DNA of 64,000 nt from Laetmonice hystrix (taxonomy: Eukaryota): NCBI GenBank assembly GCA_965235115.1, contig OZ249436.1, positions 30,444,001 to 30,508,000 on the forward strand, written 5' to 3'. Positions 1-13,355 of this stretch are shown piece after piece. The number at the start of each line of letters is the position of its first letter. The first letter of the stretch is position 1. Below the pieces are notes generated by a model. That model did no database searches. It was not told where the DNA came from and saw nothing but the letters and a program-made list of their open reading frames with translations. The position numbers were made by a program, and so were the translations under genes.

Positions 1-240
1 TACACCGAGTTGTACTACAGAAATCCAAGACCACTGACAAATGGCCCAAGTAACTGGCCAAGTTATGTGGACATGCTCATCAGGTACTGTCCTTTTGGGG
101 CAGAAGCGTTTCCCTTGGATAGTATGGGATTGGAAAAAGAAGAAAAACAAAACATTCTGATGCGCATAAGGGGTTCACCGACAGGATTTGATGATGACCT
201 CAATGCTATTCTAGCAGCCGAAAATGTTAATCAGACCTAA
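1..240 (+). CDS. 3' end of an uncharacterised protein (upstream paralogous copy of the 2157-3152 segment), truncated by the window edge
   Basis: Open frame from base 1 to TAA at 238-240. YYRNPRPLTNGPSNWPSYVDMLIRYCPFGAEAFPLDSMGLE is near-identical in DNA and protein to 2884-3010; the two diverge afterwards. Confidence 0.6.
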   Translation, partial: YTELYYRNPRPLTNGPSNWPSYVDMLIRYCPFGAEAFPLDSMGLEKEEKQNILMRIRGSPTGFDDDLNAILAAENVNQT

Positions 241-654
241 TACTAATAGAAGCCGTAAATCTATTAAGCACGCAGGACAATGCCTCGCAGACCCCACAAC
301 TGTTCTGAAAAGACACAACTGTAGAAGGCTGAAAAAAAAAACACTTTCCAAGAGAGAGAGAGCTAGGAGAAAACAATCAATAATGTCTGGAGTGAAAAGA
401 ATTCCAATAAAAGAGGCTCTACGACCAGAATTGTAGCCATCACTCAAGGATTACGTTTCCTCAGCTGCGACCCTTTTGACAAATTTTATCAAGAGTTATG
501 CCCGCCACACACTATACGATTCCCTGTCGGCGGCAAATCACACAGCCCCACACACTATATGACTCGAGTCATAAGCCCCCCCGCACACTTTAAGATCCGA
601 CTGTGATCCGATTCAAAATTCGAATCGGCTGTCTGGGGCCTTGCGACCCTTCAG

Positions 655-828
655 GGGGGTGCGTTTCTGTAAGGAAAGATGTCTTTGCGCAAAGAGTCTT
701 TCAAAAGAGTCTTTTCGAAACCAGTGTTAAAGAATAGAGTGTTATAGAAACACCACGTCGCCGCAAAGACTCTTTGGGTTCAGCGAGGGTCTCAAAGAGT
801 CTTTTGGGCTTTATAGAAACGCACCCCC
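655..828. mobile_element. Short MITE
   Basis: TIRs gggggtgcgtttctgtaa (655-672) / ttatagaaacgcaccccc (811-828), 17 of 18 matching; internal aaagagtcttt repeats. No clear TSD. Confidence 0.65.
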
Positions 829-2156
829 GCGAGTTGTATGCCAGTCATAAGCAAATCATAAGCCGTAAGCCCTGAATGGGATCGGATGATAAGAAAATCG
901 TATAGTGTGCAGTGGGCATTAGGCCTATTGGATACAAGAAGACTTCAGAGGTTTCAACTGTCAAGAAAGTTGCACCATAACATTGTGCATCAAAAATTAT
1001 CTTTCCTATGTATTTTGATCTGGGCAGATCGAAATAAAACAGCACACTCATTCCAACATGTTTCTCCCACTCAGTGAGGTATTCGTGGCTTTCATACACT
1101 TACAATTGTCGCTGCTTTTTGCCAAACTTTTTGGTATCAACTTTTGCATGAGAACCAGTTGGGAAGGTATCAGTGAGAAGATAGTAGGTCTCTGCTGAAT
1201 GTATTTAAACATTTGTAGAATTATCATTGGTCCTGTGGACAAGAGACTTCCCATACGTCACTATGTTTTTGCAATAGTCTTAATTTTGCACTTTTGTATG
1301 GCTATAGGTTGGTTAATTGGATCTCTTTAATATCATATTCGAGTTCTCCTCCCAACAGTTATTTTGTGCATGAATCAGACCTTAAGTTCTGGAATACCTC
1401 CTGATGTAGCTAAACATGCCACCACAGCAGCCTTGTCTATTAGGACAGGAGGTCAAGTTATGTTTTATTGTCAAATGGTCAGGTGAATCACAAGTAAATG
1501 GTTAAACAAGTAATTTATTCTACATATGTATTTGACTGAGGAGCAGGTTTTACTATTTAATACAATAAACCAGTTGTAAAACATTCATGGAGGCGTTCTT
1601 GTACTGATATTCTGTTACTGGGTTACTAAGTTGTCCTATTCCTTTAACTTAATTATAGATGTTCTATATTGCTTCAATTTGCAGCTGATGTAGAATTTGT
1701 ACAGAAGTACATGTAATTGAAAAGTGTACTTTCCAGAACAAAACTTTATAAGATCCAGAGTTGGAGGTTTTTAATTCCTATAACTAGCCCTTCTCTTACC
1801 ATGGGAATTATGATATTTTAATTACCAATTACCAGTACTATACTCTGAAAACTTAGAAACAGACTACAATTGTCAAAACCTCTTACGTTATTTGTTTCTT
1901 GACTCCTGGTTTGTTAATTTTATGCATGCATTTATGCAATAATCCAAACAATACGTTGCACTAAAAATTCGGTATTGCACTATATTACACTAGGCCTGTT
2001 ATGGTAAGAGTGTAAGTGTTCTTACCATTTACTCTCACTTCTGATCTACTAACAGGCTACATCAGAATACCATCATACAATGTATTTTCTTTCTCTCCTC
2101 TGAACAAAAGATATACCAGTATAAACACTGCCAAATTTGATCTGTTGTCTCCACAG

Positions 2157-3152
2157 GTAGCCACCAAGCTGAATCCACAGGAGAAGCTGAATTACATACC
2201 AGTGGTAATGGACGACACCGAGAGGCTGGTGCCGCAGGAGAAGCTGAATGACATACCAGTTTTAATGGATGACACCGAGAGGCTGGCGCCGCAGAAGCTG
2301 AATGACATACCAGTTTTAATGGATGACACCGAGAGGCTGGCGCCACAGGAGAAGCTGAATGACATACCAGTTTTAATGGATGACACCGAGAGGCTGGCGC
2401 CACAGGAGAAGCTGAATTACATACCAGTTTTAATGGATGACACCGAGAGGCTGGCGCCGCAGGAGAAGCTGAATGACATACCAGTTTTAATGGATGACAC
2501 TGAGAGGCTGGCGCCGCAGCAGAAGCTGAATTACATACCAGTGGTAATGGATGACACCGAGAGGATGGCGCCACAGGAGAAGCTGAATTACATACCAGTG
2601 GTAATGGATGACACCAAGAAAATTGAGCTGCAGCGGGCCATCCTGGAGATGGATGGCTGCATCGTGGTTGCCCGAACCATATGCCGCAAGAAGAGGGCCA
2701 GGATCAGCGAGGTAATCTACTGCATGCAGGACATGACTGTCTCGCAGGACGAGCAGGCCCAGTTTGTCGGCAGTTACTTGGAAGTCACCAGGGCTGTGCA
2801 TGTCTTCTATAAATGTCCTGCTGACAGGATCAACACGGCGGCACTCGAGAAATATGGCATTTCAGTAGAGACCTATATAGAGTTGTACTACAGAAATCCA
2901 AGACCACTGACAAATGGTCCAAGAAACTGGCCTAATTATGTGAACATGCTCATCAGGTACTGTCCTTTTGGGCCAGAAGCGTTTCCCTTGGATAGTATGG
3001 GATTGGAAGCAGAAGAAATACAAATGATTTGGATGTGCTTGCAGGAGATTCAACTGAGAGAGAGTGAAAAAGACAGGCTAGTGCAAGCTATGTCAGGGTC
3101 GAAAATATTACCAATAAACATGACAATATCTAAAGTTGAGAAATGTGAATAA
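2157..3152 (+). CDS. Probable terminal coding exon of an uncharacterised protein: 21-aa tandem repeat followed by a globular domain
   Basis: Acceptor tctgttgtctccacag ends at 2156; frame open to TAA at 3152; paralogous to 1-240. Upstream exons were not identified. Confidence 0.6.
   Translation, partial: VATKLNPQEKLNYIPVVMDDTERLVPQEKLNDIPVLMDDTERLAPQKLNDIPVLMDDTERLAPQEKLNDIPVLMDDTERLAPQEKLNYIPVLMDDTERLAPQEKLNDIPVLMDDTERLAPQQKLNYIPVVMDDTERMAPQEKLNYIPVVMDDTKKIELQRAILEMDGCIVVARTICRKKRARISEVIYCMQDMTVSQDEQAQFVGSYLEVTRAVHVFYKCPADRINTAALEKYGISVETYIELYYRNPRPLTNGPRNWPNYVNMLIRYCPFGPEAFPLDSMGLEAEEIQMIWMCLQEIQLRESEKDRLVQAMSGSKILPINMTISKVEKCE
2166..2616 (+). repeat. Coding minisatellite, about 7 x 63 bp (one 60-bp unit), encoding PQEKLN[DY]IPV[LV]MDDTERLA
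   Basis: Directly visible. The only length variant is a 3-bp deletion, so the frame is preserved. Confidence 0.95.
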
Positions 3153-6100
3153 GTTTTTCAACCAGACTCATTGCAACCTTCATTCAGGAATTACAATTTC
3201 TTATGTATGACCCTTTTAACCAATCAGAGTTAGAAACCAGAGTTAGACCTTTGGGATACGCCAGGTACATTTGTACACCATCGTCAATGACTTGCACTGT
3301 ACCAGTTTGAGTTCAAAAGCAATCCAGGGATTATTCTTGGCTATCGTACTCCCCCCCCCCCCCAATTTTTTTTTATCAACTTCAGTCCAGACTACAATAT
3401 AGTACCGTAGCTGATTTGAAGAAAGAATTGGGAGCCAAGTGCTCAGCTCTCTGCTGTCAGTGACCAAATGACAGCACACTGAAATATGAAATATACTGAG
3501 GGCTTACTCACAGAAATTCAAAGAGCCCCCTCCCCCCTTAATCACTATTATTTTTCTCTATTGATCTGCACTTATCTCAAGGAAGACCAAATCATAATGA
3601 ATAAATGGGAATTCCACCGATTGTATAAACATTGTCATGCCTGGTAGGATTATGTTTAGCGGATGAGTGCACAGCTGGCTTCATGGCCCCAGGACAACAC
3701 AACACAACAAAATTCATCAATAGAATGTAGATGCATACGTATATAATATACATATATCTGCAAACTTTTATTTACCGTACCTAGAAAGCACACAGTGAAA
3801 CAGGACAGCAGTCTACAACAAGTAACATAACATTTCTGCCCTGAAACAGGCTTTTGAATAGGAAAAAACCTGTCAGCTAGACTTTCGGGCTGACTTGGTT
3901 TGAACTCTGAACCACAGCGCTACAGACATGGAACAGTGGCTATCACGTGCGCTGAAGGGTAATTCCATATATATGTAGATGTACATAAATTATGATAACG
4001 GAGGTAAAAGATGCGAGCGTCCTGTCTCTAACACAATTACTCTGGAGTCTTTGGATGAGAAACCACTGAGCAAAGCTCACTGAAACATGAACAAATGGCA
4101 GGGGGGGACGTCAACGTTACACCGGGTAAGCCAGACATGCCATATGTAACAGAAATACAATAATTATCTTGCAATGTGTCTTTGATTCCTTTGGTCTTAC
4201 ATACCATGAAAAATTCACAACCACTGGACCCCCTATTTGCATCCCCTACAGTGTCTAACTTGAGAAGAGTTACTGGTATATTTGGAACATGCCAATCATT
4301 CTCACGGGTACAAACTTTCACCAACAGATGGTCTTGAAACCATTGATTTTGAAGCAGACTTTTTAAATCTGGAGTGACTGTCACCATGAAGGTAAGCCAG
4401 TACGTTCATGGAAACGGAATGCAGCGACATGATATAAAATAAACTAAATTCTCGTGCACCCTAGTGTCACAATAATTACATCTGTCAATAAACAAATCCA
4501 GACAAGCGTCATATTATATCGATGAATTGGAGGGAAAAGTATGAATTTCAGCATGTGTATGTTCGACTATTAGAACCATGTAACTCTTCTTTCAAAGTGG
4601 TGTATCCAAAACACACACTGCTTCAATTCCACACATAAGATCATCTTATCAGAAATCTTTAGAGAAAATTATTAAAGAATTGGTTTGGGTCATAGCCATT
4701 CATACTGGTAAGATGCTTGTCAATGCCAAGCTTAAGCACTGGTAGTATGGCAATACATGTACACTGGAATCTCATTGACATTATAGTCACAACAAATTGT
4801 AAAAACAATCTAGTCAGTTCTTAGAGGTAAATACAAAGATGTGGAACAGCTGTCAGACCTGAAATGTATTAATTTTCACGTCCAAGACTTTGGTCCCTAT
4901 AAAGCCTACTTATAAATGTACCTCGGTTTGTTGTCCCTCTGACATACGTCACCTGCATAACTTCTATTCTCTGGGTGACGATCTACATCATAGATTAGAA
5001 TCGAGTGTGGTACAGATTCAAGAAAATCTTAGCTGGGGAAGACGTTTAAAACGGTCATTGGTGGAAGATGGTTTGTAACAAATGTCCTCATGGTTTGGAC
5101 GATGCACGCAAAGAAAATACTTCGACCATTATTATGGTTTTGTTGTGTACGTATGCCATTTCTGTATTACAGCCCCAAAGTATTCCTCAGCCTAGTACTG
5201 TCTTAACTTTAACTTGAGATTCCTCACACTATGGCACGTTTAAAAGTACACATATAAACCTATAAAAGTATGGCTGACTGGAGTGAAGAGTAATTTAAAA
5301 CGATTGATTACATAATCGTTATTCCAAAAAGGAAAGATTCGGGGTGGACTATGCAGCACAAAATGTGTAACAGGCCTGGACAAAGAAATTTGTATGCCTA
5401 TTCAATAAAGGTGCAGTATAACAAAGTGTCATTTTTTTTCATTAACGACTCTAACATTTGCAGTACAATATACCGGGGTAGCTGATGTTTCAAAGTTTAA
5501 ATCTTTGAAAATCGTTTGAAATATGATTAAGTGAAGTTTATGCAAGCATGACATGTTTGAGTGCCAATATTGAGATTATTGCATTATTATGTCATGTTAT
5601 GACCGTTCAACCACACATGTAGACCAGTGATATGGCCTACATAATGGCATGACATGATGACAGCTAGACATCAATAAAGTAACTGTTAATGATGGCACTT
5701 TTGTGAACATGCCTGAATAAAAAGTCCTTCGGAAAAAAAGAGAAAGCACCAGGCAAAAAGAAAGCACCTAACATCAAGCAACTACCAATAACAAGCATAA
5801 TGTTTAAAAAATAATTCTCAGGTCATTTTGTGCTTTACATTCATGTACCGGTACCTGTACTAGGTGCACGCCTAACACTTGGAGATTACAGGACACACGT
5901 ATCCTTTTAACACTATTATACTGTCGTATGCATCAGTACTAAACAAACTAGAAACAAATACTGATGTATTACTGAACTGCAAACCACATCTTGCATTACA
6001 ATTTTGCAAACTGTAATAAATCCAAAGTAGTTATCATATGAAAGGAACCTATACAGGTAACCCTTTTACCTTGTGATGTGTATTTGATAGTGTTCTGACC

Positions 6101-7570
6101 AAAAAAAGGGGTCTGGGCTGTCAGACCTTGGATTTACCGTATATATATTTGATTTCCACAATTTGTGAAACAGTTAACCATGCTTTAGTTCTAAAGGAAG
6201 AAAGTGAAAAAACTATACAAGCATCACATCTGTAGGCCTAGTGACTTTTAAGGATTGTTCTCAATTTCACTACATGTCCCCTGTTTGGGAAATGGGATCT
6301 TTGCTTTTACTTAAATTGCGAATTACCCAAAGACACAGATTTTTTTTCCGATCCAAATATCTCTCTTCTTCTACTTTGGTATTCTAACATCAATTTCTCT
6401 TCTGAAATAGTAAATCCAAATGGAGTAATGCTAATAGAATTCACCTTTCAGAAAACACTGATTAAACAAGCATTTTTTTCATGGGTTAATAAGTACATGT
6501 ACATTGCCATTCTCATGGATTAAGTACATAGTTTTCATAAATGTTTTAAATGAAACCACTATTTATATCTGTATTTAGTGATGCTCTTCTATGGTGATAT
6601 ACAGCAAGCATTTCGTATTCCATAGGTCTACCAGCTTTTTCCTTTCTGGCGCGAGTACCCTACTATTTTCTACTAACTGTATCTAAGAGTGCAATATCTT
6701 CAAGTATTACACCCTTGACTCACTGATGCATCGCATATGCTTCAATAAACCCATATTTTGTCACACATTTGAATCACGATGGACTTACTACCATTACAAA
6801 TAGCAGCAAACTTCTTAATGTCACACTGTAAGTCTCTTAACACACACACTGGTACTTTTCAGACAGCACTACAAGGACTGCACACTTCAGCAAAACGGTA
6901 CAATGTATGCCTCTAATCTACAAGCATGGTCCCATATGTGTCAATCACTGGAAAATATGACTAGTGAAAAAAAAAAGTATCCTGGTTGTCTTCCTAAACT
7001 GTAAAACCCCAAGAACTGATTACTGATTTACAGAAAGAAGACAGGACGAGTCGTATCGTCCCACTGAATTTTGATAGTACATATATTGTGTCCTTCAAGA
7101 CACATCCACTGATCAGATCTCATGGATTCCCGCTTTGTTTGTGAATACTTTGGTTCCATCCATGAATACTCCTCCTTGCAATATGTGATAATGTACTGCA
7201 CCTTAACAAGTAGGGATGACTGAACCACACAACTCAACTTTAATTACCTGTAGTCACGTTCAGAATTTTCAATAAATATACAAAATTAACTCAACTCGAG
7301 GTAGTCTTGTGACACAGACTACAGATGCCGCATTCCACCAACGTTTCTGCTGAACTCTTTGAGTAAACATGAAAATCTTTGGGTAAACCCTTTAAATAAA
7401 GTTGGCTATTACCGGGTAATGCCTTCACAGTTTCTTTGATAAAGATTCAATCTCTGCAAGCTGACAACCAATATACCCTGGCTTAACATGCACGTGCAGA
7501 TGTAAGAGTGCTTGGATATTGCACTCTGAGAACACTGTTACACTAAGCTATCTACCATTGAACCACTCTG

Positions 7571-9743
7571 TCAGCGAGGCATGGCAGGGGATGTTTCTAA
7601 AGGTATGTTTGCTATGGCTGAATGTCTAGTTACAGTATCGTGTGCAGTACTAGCGTGAGGACTGACCATTGAAATAGGGCGCTGAGACAGGTTGGGAGCT
7701 ACCTGGGACAGCGAGGACGCAGGGACGGTGGTGGTAGTGGATTGTGTAACTGAAACTGTACGCTGCTGTTGTCGTTGAGCTCCAAGACCAATGGGGTTGG
7801 CTACTGGAACAGTTGAGACTTGTTGCAGTTGAGAAACAACGCCTTGATTTTGTTCTTGTGGTGGCTGAGGCTGTTGCTGTTGTTGTTGTTGCTGCTGTTG
7901 CTGCTGTGCCGGTGGTTGTGGTTGTGGCGGCGGCTGCTGCTGTGGTTGCTGTGGTTGTTGATGTTGCTGTTGTTGCTGTTGTTGCTGTTGTTGTTGTTGT
8001 TGCTGCTGCTGCTGCTGCTGTTGCTGCTGCTGTTGCTGCTGCTGCTGCAAGTCCTCAACTGTGAGTGTTCCCGTTCCTGGCACGCCCAGACTTCCCCCTG
8101 GCATTCCCACCTGTAGATTCCCTTGTAACAATTGATGCATTTCTCGGACCTGTAACAATTGGGAATTCTCCATGGCCACATGTAAAAAGTCTGGGCTGAC
8201 AATCTTCTGCCCTGATGCTGCGTCTGAGGTCAGCACGGCCTGAGGTGTTGTCACTGTTGCCCGGGAAACATAAGGATAGCAAGCTAGACTTCGCATCCTC
8301 AGTCTACGTCTGCGCTCTTGTTCTGCATGTTTCCGATTCATTTCTGCATATTTTTCAGGGTTTTCAATTCGAAGGCGCTCACGATAACGCCGCATCCCTT
8401 CACGCTGACGTCGCTTCCTCTCCTCATATTCTGTGTAGTTGGTGGTGCGTAGCTGTTGACGATAGTGCCTCATATGGTCCCGTGATTTCCGTCTCTGGTC
8501 CTCTAGTTGTACTGATAAGCGCATGCTCTCCCTCATGAACCAGTCCTGCAGAGATCATTTTGCATGTATTATTCTATCTGTGCCGAAAGAGAGCACAACA
8601 TCAAATATCACTCGGATCTCAACAAAAGGAGAAATACAGAGTTTCATGTTCAAACTTTTAAATTCGATACTGGATTTGTATTTTATCTACAATTGTTTTC
8701 AGTTTTAATCCAGTACTCAAAACTGTATGAGTACATCTACATTTTTGTACTTGTTTGAAAACTAGCAATATAACAGCTCTTACACTATAAAATCATACAT
8801 ATTTTTATTAAGTTTACTGGAAAAGCATAGCTAAAACAAGTTGAATAGCTTATGCTGGGATGAGACAGAGGGATTGTTATAAAGAGCAGAAAACTGTCCA
8901 TTAGTCCCTGACGGAGGAAAAAACATTGCTTGGTAGCACAAAAAATGGCAGATATTTGCCAATCGGTGGAACAACCTCATCCCTGCTTGTCTCAAAGATA
9001 TGGGGCTAAGAAGTTCACATAGCAGAGCCATGGGATGTGAAATGAGACATTACCTGAGTAGGTTGTGCAATGCCAGTCATCTGGCTCATGGAGGCTGCCA
9101 GCAGAGGGGTTGATACGACAGCAGCCTGTGACATGCTCAGGTTGCTTGATGCTAGTGCCTGATCCCAGCCGGCACCAGCTGTCATCACTTCATTGGACAG
9201 TAACTGTTGGGTACCACTGGGACCTTCACTGACGGCCATAGTCAGGTTGCCAACCCCAACATTCGTGTCTCGCTGACTGTGGGGATGAGGCACCCGATCA
9301 TAGTTTGAATCCTCACCAGAGTCTGACTCTTCCTTTACTCGCGACCTGTGGTGGTCATTTCTCTTGTCTCCATCTTCTTTAGCTGAGCCGTTCTCTTGCT
9401 GGCTCCAGCGACGTTTCCTTTTGGTATCGGCCATGCTTCCCATCATTCCTTCCAGAGTAGATGAGAATGTGAGATGCTCCGAGTCTGAGCCATAATCAGC
9501 AGACATCACAACATCATCCGAGTCCTGAGAATCTCCCTTTCCATCCTGCCTCGACTTTCTGTGCAGCTCCCGCTGAACAGTTTCTTTAATATTGATGAGG
9601 AAGATGTCTTGCTTGTCTAACGTAACGCCTAACAGCCCTTCGATGCTGAACTCTGCTTGGTAGGCCAAGCCATTTTTGCAGAGGACAGTGATGGCCTCTG
9701 TCAGCAGGGCAGTGATGCGAGCTTGATCTGCCTTGTTCACCAT
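7571..9743 (-). CDS. Two-coding-exon gene: N-terminal LLTEAITVLCKNGL...EFSIEGLLGVTLD domain, acidic/Ser linker, basic coiled-coil and polyQ tail; probable nuclear/regulatory protein
   Basis: Exon 9743-9054 (ATG in ccaccATGG context; CAG|gtaatg donor, phase 0) joins exon 8545-7571 (ctctgcag|GAC TGG TTC ATG, phase 0). 5' acceptor ttttctttcag at 9779-9781 and an upstream non-coding donor AAG|gtaagg at 12071. Candidate AATAAA (minus) at 3767-3772. Confidence 0.75.
7858..8048 (-). repeat. CAG/CAA trinucleotide tract encoding polyQ/QP
   Basis: Mixed CAG and CAA codons in frame within the 7571-8545 exon. Confidence 0.95.
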
Positions 9744-11210
9744 GGTGGATGACCTTACAATGGCATCTTTCTCCAGCTCTGAAAGAAAATAGTTTTATTT
9801 ATTAAAGAAGTATTGTACAGAAATTGTTTATTTGTTGACTTTGAAATTCAGCTATGGTGCATGCAAGATTCTGATGGTGCATGCACCTTTTTTGGCTGCA
9901 TGCACCATGGGCATGTACCCTAAACGAAGTATTTCGGCGCCTGTGCCCATTTTGAGTGTTCCTCAAGGGACCAGGTAGGAGGGTATCAAGTCAGGTCCGC
10001 CCCTTGCCATGTCCGCCCCCTCACCATGTATGTCCGGCCTGCTGCCCATGCTCCCCCTTCAGCTCAGCTGAATGAGTCGGTAGAATGGGAGCTTGACTCA
10101 GACAGCGGTAGTCAGCCCTCGACAGTAAGCATTTTGATGTACTGGCCAGTAGAAAATGAAAGTTACTGGCCCGGGTAATTGGTCCACTGGCCCGGGTATG
10201 GGGGTCTATACATGCTGCTGGATGCATTAAAAGTACTACTACAGGTGCACAGGACTAATGGCGGTACATTCCAAGGGCATATTGCTCTAAAATAATATAG
10301 TTTCTCTAGTTAGTTGCCAGCAATGGCATCTGTACTGTAGATGACCCCCAGCATCCGGCTCCACAACCTAGAAACCAATCCAGTTATTTTAAAAACCAAA
10401 CTCGTTCTCTACAATGTTTGCTACTGAGTCACCCAACCTAGTAACAACACCAATCTCAAAATCTTACAAACATTACTCCAAGTTTTATACTAATGTGTTA
10501 AAATTTTATTGATGGCTGCCAGATCTTGGAGATTACCTACATCAGTCAATTGTATCATAGTAAGTACGACCTCAGTGAAAATGGCCGCAGCAGAGAAGGT
10601 ACTGGTACTACCGCTAAAGATCGCGATTGTGAGAGTATCTGGTGAATATTTGGAGCATTTGGAGAGTATTTGATCGTGAGAGAGATTTACAAAAGTCACT
10701 GGCCTGGTCAGGCCAGTGATTTACAAAAATTACTGGCCCGGACTGGCCCGGCACATGAAAAAATGGGCCGGGCCAGTGATTTAGTGCTTAATGTCGAGGG
10801 CTGCGTAGTGTTTAGGGCATTGTGCCATCCTTCTTCATTGTTGCTGGTCCGGATTGACCAGCCGGTATTAGACCAGGCAGAGGTTGACCAGCCGCCGCTG
10901 ATCCACTGGTTGGAAATGTATTTCATGAAAGGAATGATGGTACTTGGGGTTCGTGCCTTTAAAAGCTGGTCGAAGGCCGATGAAATGTGTTCTGCAGGGA
11001 GGTAGGGAAGGGAGAGGATATTTCATTTGGATAGTGTCAGGGAGAAGCAGCAGGATGCACCAGACTGTCACTTTGGCGCCACATTGAAGGCTTTTCCCCG
11101 GAGCATGGGCAGCAGGGCAGGCGTGCATGCCGAGGGGCAGACATGACTGGGCAAACATGGCGAGGGGCGGTATCGAGGTCCGTTTTCTCCGCCGGTCTGC
11201 AATCTCCAGG

Positions 11211-11523
11211 TGCATGGTTTCCTATTGTTTAACGGCCGAACCTGACTAAGTGAACACGCGCGTGTCGCAGTTTGGGCTCACACCTCCGGTCGTCTGATAG
11301 CTGATGGGCGGTGGACTTTTCCTCCAAGCACTAACAGTAATAAACGACAGCCTGGATAGGCAAATTGTGGACCAAAACTGACGGAGGAGAAAAGGGTTAC
11401 GCGAGACTCAATCCAGACCTGATATTTCGGATAGTTTATCGAGAATGATACAAATACACACGACTCTGCAGCCACCCTCCCGGAGATTTCAGACTGCTGA
11501 GAAAACAGACCGCGACACCGGAC
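11211..11523. repeat. Dispersed repeat, second copy at about 14767-15052
   Basis: Shared collinear blocks gcatggtttcctattgttta, gggctcacacctccggtcgtctg, cctgatatttcggatag, ctcccggagat, gacaccgg. Confidence 0.8.
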
Positions 11524-13267
11524 ATATCAGGCATTTGGTAAGAGTATAAGTTGTAATTACTTATAGTTATACAACAGTATGCTATAACACTGTACATACA
11601 GCACTACTTCAGGGTCTACCTGTCCTGACAGTAACTTTCTGTTCCATGACCCTGAGCCTGACTGAGTGTGTCACTATGAGTATGACGTACATTTGACAAT
11701 TTTGAGCTTGACTGACACGTTATATTCAATTTAATACTGGATATTATATGCTTTGAAGTTTGTGAAATAGTGCTGATATACTGTTGTGGCCTGCTTAATC
11801 CTTAACCTCTAACTATTTATATAAAGGGTAATCCTGTCTATTCTGACAATCGATCGTCCGGAATCGATTGCAATTGAAAACATATGGAGATTCCTCTATT
11901 ATCGCCCACACTACCTAACACGATCAGTGGCACTGGACAGACAACTATCATGAATATGCTCGTGTGAAAACCCACCTTTCATTCGAAAAACCGCGAAGAC
12001 ATATACAAAAGTACCAAACAAGAGTGAAAGATCAAGTCGTTATCTTCTTTTACTGCACAGGGTTCCTTACCTTCCCCGCTCTGTTTAACCCTACGACAGG
12101 TGCCCGTATGTTCAAACTATGAGGATCCAGGCGCACAAGGCCGATCATTTGGCCCAATTAGCCCAAGCCGTCGAGTAGAGCATGCAATTACGGCCCGGGG
12201 AAATAAATATTTTAAAAACATTCCTGCAGTAGGATTAACGTGTATTTGATTGGAATGGATAAGGCAAAAAGTCAGGGGGGCAAAGTGGGTGGAAACAGAA
12301 AAGAGGGGGGGGGGGGTGGCAAAGTGCCAAAGAGATATATGTCATTCACTATGTGTATGTCGATTCATGATCTTTATTATAGCCCATTTTTAAACGGGGG
12401 GGGGGGGGCAAACAGCTAGGGGGCAAACTTTCTGGGAGGAGGGGGGGGGCATTTGCCCCCTAGCGCCGCCACAGAATATAAACTTGATCAAACCTACCCT
12501 CATTCCCCAAATTTGATAAATCCCCACCAAATGCCGACTTAATAGGCCTAACAGAATAACAGGATTAACCATGCAATTAGGTATATAGTAGGCTATAAAT
12601 AGTTATAGGTAAAGCAGGGCATGCATGTCCAGATTTGATAAATCCCCGCCTGGCGAACAGAGCGATACCTTCCAAATCAAATGCAACTATCCTATAGAAA
12701 CGCTATAGAAATTAATTAAGACAAAGACTGGCCCTGATCATATTTATCATAGGGCCTATAATTTTTTAGGACTGGGCCTATAATAATATGTTTTTGCCCG
12801 ATGGTTCCCCCCCTAACAAAATTTACTGGATCCGCCCATGAACTTTGGGGCAGAGCATCTGGTATGTAAGTGGGGGGGGGGGGGGTGTAATTTCACTACA
12901 TGCTAACTTCTTTTCTTCATTTGTAAAAGCAAACAAGAATTTTTACAGGGTGGATTTTAATATTATGCGATTTTATCATTTGAACAAACGTTAAAAGAAA
13001 GAAGGGGGAAGCTCCCGCTTATCCAATCCCCCCCCCCCCCCCCCAATTTAAGTAGGGGACTACTGTCGTTTATAATAACCCCCCATTAATTTATTGTAGG
13101 CCTAGAATAAAGATCGGTGGATAGAAGCTGTATCCCTGCGTTCACAATTTTATGCAGGAATCTTTATTTAAACCATCAAAGGCCTACAAAATATCAATCC
13201 CAATGTAGGCCTAGATTATTTGCGTCAAATCTATTTTTAACTTTTGTTAAGCAATCTGCTAAAACAC

Positions 13268-13283
13268 CAGCGCCACCTAGAGG
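13268..13283 (-). promoter_or_regulatory. CTCF-like core motif between the divergent promoters
   Basis: Minus strand reads CCTCTAGGTGGCGCTG, one mismatch to the CCASYAGRKGGCRS core. Confidence 0.45.
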
Positions 13284-13355
13284 AATTTACTGAAACCAGT
13301 AAATCGCTCTTTCGGTAAAGAGACGCAAAACGTTATATCCGGTCACTTCGGACGA

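Noticed and set aside
2016..2156. N-terminal extension of the 378-aa ORF
   Set aside because: Starts at GTG in AT-rich sequence upstream of a good acceptor; probably intron.
7801..8202. Poly-Leu, poly-Ala/Val and poly-Ser/Asn ORFs
   Set aside because: Alternative-frame and antisense shadows of the CAG/CAA tract.
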